DNA of 5,952 nt, taken from the NCBI GenBank assembly GCA_020137815.1, contig WFME01000042.1, positions 1-5,952 of the forward strand. The letters run 5' to 3'. This document shows, piece by piece, positions 1 to 5,952 of the stretch (the first letter of the stretch is position 1; the number at the start of each line of letters is the position of its first letter). A program made the position numbers and the translations under genes. The notes under the pieces are model-generated. The model was not told the DNA's origin, searched no databases, and saw nothing but the letters and a program-made list of their open reading frames with translations. The DNA is from Hormiphora californensis (lineage: Eukaryota; Animalia; Ctenophora).

Positions 1-1
1 C

Positions 2-85
2 GCCTGGACAGACGAAGTGACAATCAAACCTGCAAAACATATCGCCACAACAGAATCTTCAAATACGGGTGAAAAATCATTTTCG
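2..85 (+). CDS. Gene 1 exon (partial at window edge)
   Basis: Open frame AWTD...KSFS ending at donor G|GTAAAT (86). Phase 0 matches the next exon. Confidence 0.65.
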
Positions 86-2231
86 GTAAATTAATTAACT
101 TGGAGGAGATTCTTGTATATGTAAATGGTTTCAAAAAATTCTCATCCCGCATTCATTTCATGTATACCTGCGTTTTATAATTTATACCAACTACGGTTCT
201 AAATCCCCACCTCACATTCAGCTGGTATACGGTTCAATTGTGACAGTATCATGTCAAAGGGCAGGTTACACCTTCAACAATAATATTGTGGGAATAGTGG
301 GATCTGACAATGTTGAGTATAACATAAACAGGTGGGCTATAAGCTATTTATTGCTTGATCAGTGAATAATTTGTTGAGTAAAGGGTACCACTCAACCCGT
401 AGTTAGAGGCCAGCAGATCATTTTAATTATTAATTATAAGCTTTTTAGAATACAATTGGCTCAAGTTAAATTTATATTTGATCAGGGACGTAGCGGTCAC
501 GTGTACAAAGAAGGGTGAATTAGATCCACCCATATTCGGCAGTGATATCACAACCTGGTAAGTGGATCTCAAATCGGTGAAAACAAGTTGTACAATTGAG
601 AACGCGATTATGTCAATATATTTCCGTCATTTTACCGGACTATTATATCCACCAGGAACCGACCGAAACAAGTAAACAACCAATCAGAACTCGTTATTTA
701 GGTCACGAGACTGGTTATCAGCCAATCAGAGACCAGTATTACCTGGTTCGGTCGGTTCCTGGTATCCACCGTCTCCTTGACAACAATTACAGCAATTAGC
801 AATAACAACACTCTTTCATCTAGGTGTACCTCAGGATGCTCCGTGGTAGACTATGGGTCAGCGTACAATATAACCTCAGTTAATAACCCTTACCCTGATA
901 CGAGGAATGGTAATGGGCCACCAGTCCCGGCAGGTAATTGTTAAGTTAACAAAATATAAATCAAATAATTAGATTTACCAATTTACTTTACTGATTTCTG
1001 TTTTTCTGCCTTACTACAGAAAAATAACGCGACCAAGCTAAAATTAACAGAAAGGGTAAGTTTTCGATAATTTGGGGTATTCAATAATGCTTTAACTTAT
1101 ATGTTTAGGTTCCTATAATGTGTCCTGTGGTTCTGGTTATGTGAGGGCTTATGACGACTCTGGCCTTGCTAAGGTAAAACATTGCATGTTCTGCCTATAT
1201 TGATTCATGAATGTCGTATATAGGGTTAGAAAATCACAATTAAGTTTGAAATTCCTGGTAATTATAGAAGCGCGGCGAACTTATATAATGTCAATTATTG
1301 GGTAGCATTTATTCGTTTCAGATTGAGTGCAAGGACGGGGCATGGGTAACTGACCGGTCCTCTATCATTACTTGTGCACGTGAGTTTCAGTATCTTCAAC
1401 TGTGTAAAATATATTTCCCCTACCCGGATGAATTCATTTAACCGGATGATAGTTTTAGCACACGCGATGATGGATCAGAACTTATAAAACTATCCAAAAA
1501 GCATTGTCTTTGATGAAAGCTTTTGTTCTGAGGATACTCATGGAAACAAAAAATATAACTTAATCTTAACTAACGAAACATATATTCTATCTTTTCAGCT
1601 GGTTGTAGGGACCTGGAAAGGGACATTGTGCCCTATGTCCGGGGTCTCTACGTGTCTGGAAGGAGTGTTTCCAGGAATATGGTGTGGCCAGGGGCACCTT
1701 ACCCCTCACAGGCTGCCATCACATTCTCTTGTTTTGATGGTAACATGAGTGGAAAGAGTCCATTAATTATCTTGGCGCATAAGACAACTATATACCAAAT
1801 ATTGGTCCATTGATTTTCCTAAATCAGAATTTTTTACCAGTGTAAGATTCATGAAAACTCCCTCTTTTTCGCCCAGGTGATACATTAGAAGGTTCCAAAG
1901 TGATAACTTGTAATCCAGGAACGGGGGATAGGAAACACGGATACTTTTCAGGAAAAGGTGACAGGAATTATAAACCAATATAAGTACATTGTACAATTAT
2001 AAAGCCAACTGGATTCATCAAACAGATTCAACAAACATACAGTCAGATATAATATCTGAAATTTATGTTTTTCCAATCAATCATGTAAATTAAATTTGTT
2101 TTCTTTCAGCTCCGACTTGCAAACTAAAAAGTGGAGCAGAGGGGAACATTGCAATCGAATTCAGATTCGCCATCAGGATGTTTATTCTCCAGCAGATACT
2201 GCTTCATCTACTACACGAAGCTGAGGTCTGA
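2..2231 (+). CDS. Gene 1 (5'-partial, spliced): extracellular multi-Sushi/CCP-like protein with putative GPI-anchor signal; join(2..85,222..331,486..557,824..933,1109..1173,1322..1379,1599..1739,1877..1957,2110..2231)
   Basis: All 8 introns are GT..AG with compatible phases (0,2,2,1,0,1,1,1). Joined length is 843 nt = 280 aa + TGA, with no internal stop. Translation: AWTDEVTIKPAKHIATTESSNTGEKSFSLVYGSIVTVSCQRAGYTFNNNIVGIVGSDNVEYNINRDVAVTCTKKGELDPPIFGSDITTWCTSGCSVVDYGSAYNITSVNNPYPDTRNGNGPPVPAGSYNVSCGSGYVRAYDDSGLAKIECKDGAWVTDRSSIITCAPGCRDLERDIVPYVRGLYVSGRSVSRNMVWPGAPYPSQAAITFSCFDGDTLEGSKVITCNPGTGDRKHGYFSGKAPTCKLKSGAEGNIAIEFRFAIRMFILQQILLHLLHEAEV*. CCP hallmarks: C-x-x-GY, C-x-x-G-x-W, FSCxxGxxLEGSxxITC...F/W-S-x-x-x-P-T-C, and 3-residue Cys-Cys linkers. 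Confidence 0.88.
222..331 (+). CDS. Gene 1 exon (LVYGSIVTVSCQRAGY...)
   Basis: Acceptor cacattcAG (220-221), donor AG|GTGGGC (332); contains a CCP-like YG...V.VSC...GY motif. Confidence 0.8.
486..557 (+). CDS. Gene 1 exon (DVAVTCTKKGELDPP...)
   Basis: Acceptor tttgatcAG (484-485), donor TG|GTAAGT (558); phase 2-2. Confidence 0.85.
653..761. mobile_element. 109-bp MITE, hAT-like (CAG termini, 8-bp TSD), in gene 1 intron 558-823
   Basis: Perfect 15-bp TIR CAGGAACCGACCGAA (653-667) / TTCGGTCGGTTCCTG (747-761), extendable to 23 bp with 2 mismatches. Flanks ATATCCAC (645-652) and GTATCCAC (762-769) match 7/8. Removing the element plus one TSD shrinks the intron from 266 to 149 nt, within the 136-175 nt range of most sibling introns. 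Confidence 0.88.
824..933 (+). CDS. Gene 1 exon (CTSGCSVVDY...PPVPA)
   Basis: Acceptor ctctttcatctAG (822-823), donor CAG|GTAATT (934); phase 2-1. Confidence 0.85.
1109..1173 (+). CDS. Gene 1 exon (GSYNVSCGSGY...LAK)
   Basis: Acceptor tgtttAG (1107-1108), donor AAG|GTAAAA (1174); phase 1-0. Confidence 0.85.
1322..1379 (+). CDS. Gene 1 exon (IECKDGAW...ITCA)
   Basis: Acceptor cgtttcAG (1320-1321), donor C|GTGAGT (1380); encodes Cys3-G-x-W-Cys4 of a CCP module. Confidence 0.9.
1599..1739 (+). CDS. Gene 1 exon (PGCRDL...ITFSCFD)
   Basis: Acceptor cttttcAG (1597-1598), donor ATG|GTAACA (1740); same frame as track ORF 1628..1813. Confidence 0.88.
1877..1957 (+). CDS. Gene 1 exon (GDTLEGSKVITC...GYFSGK)
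   Basis: Acceptor ctttttcgcccAG (1875-1876), donor AAG|GTGACA (1958); phase 1-1. Confidence 0.85.
2110..2231 (+). CDS. Gene 1 last coding exon (APTCK...SGA...hydrophobic tail, TGA)
   Basis: Acceptor ttctttcAG (2108-2109); completes the CCP end motif PTC; stop TGA at 2229-2231. Confidence 0.85.
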
Positions 2232-2434
2232 GAGATAAGAAATACTCTTGGATTTTCTAAATTCTTCGTTTTTATAGTTTATTTTTATTTCTATTTCCAA
2301 GAAGTATTGTATTTTTTAGCATAAGCTAACAATCTTTGCCAAATAGCTGAATTCATTCCAGTCATGTTTTTTTCTACGGTGAAGCAGTTTCGAAGCCATT
2401 TCCATTGCGGTATAGAATATGTCCATAATAATAT

Positions 2435-2440
2435 AATAAA
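2435..2440 (+). promoter_or_regulatory. Candidate polyadenylation signal of gene 1
   Basis: AATAAA about 200 nt downstream of the stop. The context is AT-rich, so chance occurrence is possible. Confidence 0.4.
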
Positions 2441-2595
2441 GGGGCCATGCTTTAAAAAGGAACAGCTTGCAGTTCACAGCTGTTGCAGAGTTATAACAGA
2501 CCTTTCAAGGTTTCCATTTTTACATTGCAACACATATTGAGGTGTGTTACCACCTTTCTCCTTCATGCATCTTCTCTGTCTGCTGCATCCGTCGC

Positions 2596-2599
<4 letters not shown>

Positions 2600-2647
<48 letters not shown>

Positions 2648-2659
2648 CCTCTCTCTCTA
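2600..2659. repeat. (TC)n microsatellite, interrupted
   Basis: Pure TC run 2600-2644, short tttc break, then resumes. Confidence 0.97.
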
Positions 2660-2790
2660 TCTTCTCCAAACTATTTATGCATCAGTTCGAAGGCCTAAAA
2701 TACTTCAAAGACATATATGCTCCCCCGGGGTACGGTATAGATTGTTCACATCTTTTAAAATGTCCCTTTTCCGGTTGAAAAAGGAAACAA

Positions 2791-2813
2791 GAGAGAGATA
2801 GATTGATAGATAG

Positions 2814-2909
<96 letters not shown>

Positions 2910-2915
2910 TGTGTG
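2791..2915. repeat. Compound (GA)/(GATA)/(GA)n/(GT) microsatellite
   Basis: GATA/GACA-like units to 2820, long (GA)n 2821-2907, short (GT)n to 2915. Confidence 0.97.
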
Positions 2916-3022
2916 CTTGTATGTAATACGGTGCGTGTCTAGAATACTTTAATAAGATTATAAACTTTTGTCAAAGTCTTTTAGTTCAAGCACTATTCCT
3001 TACTATCCTCTTTTTCACTTAG

Positions 3023-3128
<106 letters not shown>

Positions 3129-3366
3129 CATACATATATGTCCATAAATAGAGCGAGAGCCACACCAGACATCCCTTCATTTTTTCGAAACCGAAATCTG
3201 ACTCTCTCTCCTCTCCATGTCTTAACTCTCTTGACGGCTGCAGTTTTCTAACAAGCCTGAAATAGCCTGTCACTAGATACAAATTTATATTTATTAAACC
3301 ACATTCAGCCACCTCACACTCTCTGTGTCTCTCCGCACCCATCTGTAGTAGCTCGCTGCTTTCTAT

Positions 3367-3535
3367 ATGTTCCCCATTTTATTGTGTATATTTGCCACCT
3401 TCTGCACCACTGGTTTTGGATTGGAGGAGCCGATGCCGACTGTGCTATCGAAACTTGACGAAACATCCTCCTCCCTTTCTTTTAGGAGTGCTATCACCGC
3501 TACGCTTCTTCTTGCTGTACCTGTTGTCCTTGTAG
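3367..3535 (+). CDS. Gene 2 exon 1 (signal peptide, ectodomain, first 15 aa of TM)
   Basis: Track ORF 3367..3564 cut at the strong donor AG|GTAGGT; hydrophobic N-terminus ending TGFG. Confidence 0.7.
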
Positions 3536-5926
3536 GTAGGTCCAATCTGAGTGCTCCTTCATAAAACTATCAACTGCTCCTTCATAAAATCGCAAAGTAC
3601 TTTTAATGCATCGAAGTACAGTCGGACCCCGATTTAGTGGCATCTTCGGGGGAAAAATCCTGCCACTAAATTGGGGTGCCACTAAATCAGGGGCCACTAT
3701 ATCGGATTCATAAAGCAAGAATTATTACTTCCCAGAAAATTAAGCTTGGGTAAGTACGGAAAAACCTTATGACTGAAAACTGAGGTTTATGTATTCTTTA
3801 TCATAATTCACTGAAGTTTATGAATGAACACTGCGGTTTAGTCACGCTTTTCCCAATGTCCACATGGATAGAATGGTATTACAAGTTCTCTAATTTTGAA
3901 GAAATGTGAGTCCATATTGCCGTGGCGGTATTGCCATTCTTAACGTAGAATTGGGCGTAGAATCTTTATAATGTCATTTGTTGTTTTGACGTACATTTAT
4001 TTGTCTTAGATTGTGTAATAATTTCCCATTTAAGCAGTTTGAAAAGCACAATTTATAGCAGAATCACCACCATCTACCTCGCCAATGTAGTGGTGTCACG
4101 ATATGTCATGTGTGAAGTAGAGCTCAACGCGGCAGGAGCTCTATTATAAGGCTGCTTTTCCTGAGTGTGCGGTTAAAGCTATCTCCCGTTATAGTCCAAA
4201 GATAATTAAGGGACGTTAATTACCGCTAATTAAAAGGAGGCTTGATAAAATGAGCTCAAAACTTCTAAATTTGTAACTATACTAAAACCATGCCAGTTTT
4301 GTTGTTGTAGTATCGATACGTTTGCGATGAAATAGTTTGGGAAATAACCGCAGATACAATGCCAACTGCCAACCCTTAATTGGTTTTGATAATACCGTTT
4401 CACCACCCTTGGAGCAAGATACCAAAACATTGGAGAAAGCAGTAGTGAATATCAAGAACTAATTATAGCAAGAAGCCCTTTTTGTTAGTATCTAGTGAAC
4501 CTGAAATTATATTTCAGTTACTTTTTGTCTTTGGTAGTATTTTGATCACTTAACACTAATGACTGAAGTAGTGCATCTAGCTTGTGTAATGACACCACAT
4601 AATTCATTAGGAGTACCTTCCCGTCCTGCATATTATCTCGACCTTGGCCACATTGATGCCTGAGTGAGATCGAGGTCGCGCAGCGACCGAGGTCGATCTC
4701 ACATCTAGGCCTCCGGCGCGTTATTGATTTTAGAGCAAACTTTTTCAAAGACCTGGCTGCAAGGAACTACTGAACCGATTTGCATCTCGTTTGTTGTTCC
4801 TGGCAGACAATTGTCTCTAGTTTCACGGAAAATACCCGCGAGTATCAGCATTTGAGGAATAGTGGGTCAAAATTGACGCTAAACATGAGCAATGCTTTAA
4901 AGACCTGGCTGCAAGCTCCTACTCGGTCCTGGGACAATCTGCGGGTACTGGGGGAATCGTCATGGCCTTGTGAGTATGGGAAAATACCCGCCGATTCATC
5001 ACGATGCGAAATGAGGCGATAATTGACGTTTGAGTAGTGCTAGGTCAGCTAAAAAGGTCTCCAAAAACGGTCTATCACGCGCGATCTGCTGAAAACGTGC
5101 TTTATATCGCGCGCACGTGAGTTCTTGCTCTCAACGGGCCGGCATCCTATTATTCGCGGAGCGAGAATAGGATGCGATGGATCCAAATCTCGACCCTTTT
5201 TCCTGACTCGTATATAATAAACCGCCGCGTTACGGTTGTTGTTCTCCTCTCCAACATATATATATTGACACCTCCCAATATTTGTTAAACAAGTCTCTAA
5301 TTCCCCTCATTTAAATTTTGGCCTCATAAAATTTGAAAAATCTCTACTTCCCCCAATATTCCCCAATGAATTGCATAGTAATTAATTAATTAATTAGTAA
5401 TTTCCCCTCTTCTCAGTTGGCGCTATGACCCTGTTCAAAAGGAAAAAGAAGGAGATTCCTCCCACCCCTGCACCCCAAGAAGTACCCGGTAAGATATGAG
5501 GTTCTTTTTGGCCACACAAAACGCTTTCAAAACGATCATTGTATAGCTGGAAAATATATGGTTCTTTTCACCAAAGCTTGAATCACTCGTTCCGAACTAG
5601 TAGTTCGCCTTCCGACGTGAATCACACACAATTACCAACTATATAAACTCTCTCACTCTCCCTGAGATCCCTATTATAGTGGGTTGTTTTATATAAACTT
5701 TCCCACAGAACCCAGTCCTGAGGGATCTGTTGCAGAAGAAGCCCCAGCTGTAGCTGATGAACCCGCTGCTGAAGTCCCTGTAGCTGAACCTGAGGAACCA
5801 GTGACTGAACCTGAGGTAGCAGCTGAGGAACCAGTGGCTGAACCTGAGGAACCAGCGACTGAACCTGAGGCAGCAGTTGAGGAGCCTGAGGTTACTGAAC
5901 CTGAGGAACCAGCCGAAGAGAAATGA
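3367..5926 (+). CDS. Gene 2: small type-I single-pass membrane protein with acidic Glu/Pro-rich repetitive tail (152 aa); join(3367..3535,5417..5488,5709..5926)
   Basis: ATG 3367 follows in-frame TAG TAG (3346-3351). Donor TAG|GTAGGT (3536, phase 1) joins acceptor tttcccctcttctcAG (5415-5416). Donor CCG|GTAAGA (5489, phase 1) joins acceptor actttcccacAG (5707-5708). Total 459 nt. Translation: MFPILLCIFATFCTTGFG-LEEPMPTVLSKLDETSSSLSFRS-AITATLLLAVPVVLVVGAMTLF-KRKKK-EIPPTPAPQEVPEPSPEGSVAEEAPAVADEPAAEVPVAEPEEPVTEPEVAAEEPVAEPEEPATEPEAAVEEPEVTEPEEPAEEK*. The first splice creates an uninterrupted 22-aa hydrophobic helix followed by a positive-inside cluster. Confidence 0.75.
3552..3589. repeat. 15-bp perfect direct repeat at the start of the gene 2 long intron
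   Basis: TGCTCCTTCATAAAA at 3552-3566 and 3575-3589. Confidence 0.9.
3619..3710. mobile_element. Decayed MITE, probably Tc1/mariner-pogo type (TA|CAGT left end; right end eroded)
   Basis: Left end TA|CAGTCGGA. CCCCGATTTAGTGGCA (3627-3642) has inverted copies at 3661-3676 and 3677-3692 (1 mismatch each) and a partial copy at 3693-3705. Confidence 0.7.
3829..4270. repeat. Probable dispersed repeat / non-autonomous DNA transposon fragment (boundaries approximate)
   Basis: Non-coding intronic block starting CACTGCGGTTTAGT, with an 8-bp hairpin TAGAGCTC/GAGCTCTA (4118-4143). The call rests mainly on my recollection of similar sequence as a recurrent ctenophore repeat. No clean TIR pair or TSD is visible. 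Confidence 0.4.
4662..5209. mobile_element. ~550-bp unclassified non-autonomous element with hairpins near both ends and an internal degenerate 152-bp duplication
   Basis: CpG-rich relative to its flanks. Hairpins at 4664-4702 and 5142-5175; conserved blocks repeated at offset 150-152; weak terminal inverted match GAGTGAG/CTGACTC. No TSD is identifiable. Confidence 0.6.
5417..5488 (+). CDS. Gene 2 exon 2 (VGAMTLFKRKKKEIPPTPAPQEVP)
   Basis: Strong polypyrimidine acceptor and GTAAGA donor; 72 nt, phase 1-1. ATG 5425 could alternatively be a start. Confidence 0.85.
5709..5926 (+). CDS. Gene 2 exon 3 (acidic EPEEP repeats, TGA)
   Basis: Acceptor at 5707-5708, same frame as track ORF 5684..5926; synonymous variation among repeat units. 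Confidence 0.9.
5783..5912 (+). repeat. Coding tandem repeat, 54/57-nt units
   Basis: (G/A)CTGAACCTGAGGAACCAG starts at 5783, 5837 and 5894, giving 18- and 19-aa units xEPEEPxTEPExAxEEP. Confidence 0.9.
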
Positions 5927-5952
5927 TCGTGAGTGAACCGAGTCTGAATGAG

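Noticed and set aside
596-799. 67-aa track ORF
   Set aside because: Non-ATG start, lies in a gene 1 intron, and is mostly the translated MITE.
1424-1449. CCGGATGA direct repeat around the palindrome ATGAATTCAT
   Set aside because: Too short to distinguish from local slippage or chance.
1763-1996. 77-aa minus-strand ORF
   Set aside because: Antisense shadow of gene 1 exon 1877-1957 and its flanking introns; no recognisable motif.
3363-3718. Minus-strand ORFs 3363..3545 and 3500..3718, and a basic frame IGPTYKDNRYSKKKRS...
   Set aside because: The + strand reading has an ATG, a signal peptide, a strong donor and a phase-matched TM continuation. The minus frames lack good splice sites and partly run through a MITE.
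4501-4517. 7-bp inverted repeat CTGAAAT/ATTTCAG giving acceptor-like TTTCAG on both strands
   Set aside because: AT-rich, expected by chance, and frames downstream of either AG close quickly.
4230-4748. Two same-frame minus-strand ORFs (4518..4748, 4230..4430) as a possible pseudogene or nested gene
   Set aside because: Three stops separate them, both run into repeat elements, and I recognise no domain. A tBLASTx search would be needed to revive this.
4780-5022. 80-aa ORF inside the hairpin element as a possible transposase remnant
   Set aside because: Non-ATG start, no HUH, DDE or tyrosine-recombinase motif, and it overlaps the non-triplet 152-bp periodicity.
4747-5041. CRISPR-like repeat-spacer reading
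   Set aside because: Only two units, repeat length and period do not fit, no cas genes, and the context is a eukaryotic intron.
5270-5402. Repeated CCCAAT motifs and a (TAAT)n run
   Set aside because: Low-complexity AT-rich intron sequence before the 5416 acceptor; no support for an independent promoter.

Overview
Eukaryotic, AT-rich, intron-containing genomic DNA with no prokaryotic features. The repeat families resemble ones I recall from ctenophore (Pleurobrachia) gene models; this is memory, not a search. Reading GT-AG sites by hand gives two + strand genes that the ORF track misses. Gene 1 is 5'-partial with 9 exons in the window (2..2231) and encodes 280 aa: three divergent Sushi/CCP-like modules and a GPI-signal-like C-terminus. 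Gene 2 appears complete with 3 coding exons (3367..5926) and encodes a 152-aa type-I membrane microprotein: signal peptide, ~23-aa ectodomain, a TM helix split by a 1.9-kb intron, KRKKK, and an acidic Glu/Pro/Ala repeat tail. Three alternating (CT)n/(GA)n/(CT)n tracts lie between the genes. The introns hold non-autonomous elements: a 109-bp hAT-like MITE carrying promoter-like motifs, a decayed CAGT-ended MITE, and a ~550-bp element with matching GNA-triloop hairpins near both ends plus an internal ~152-bp block periodicity. That last element is the least explained structure in the window. Nothing here proves a new biological system.
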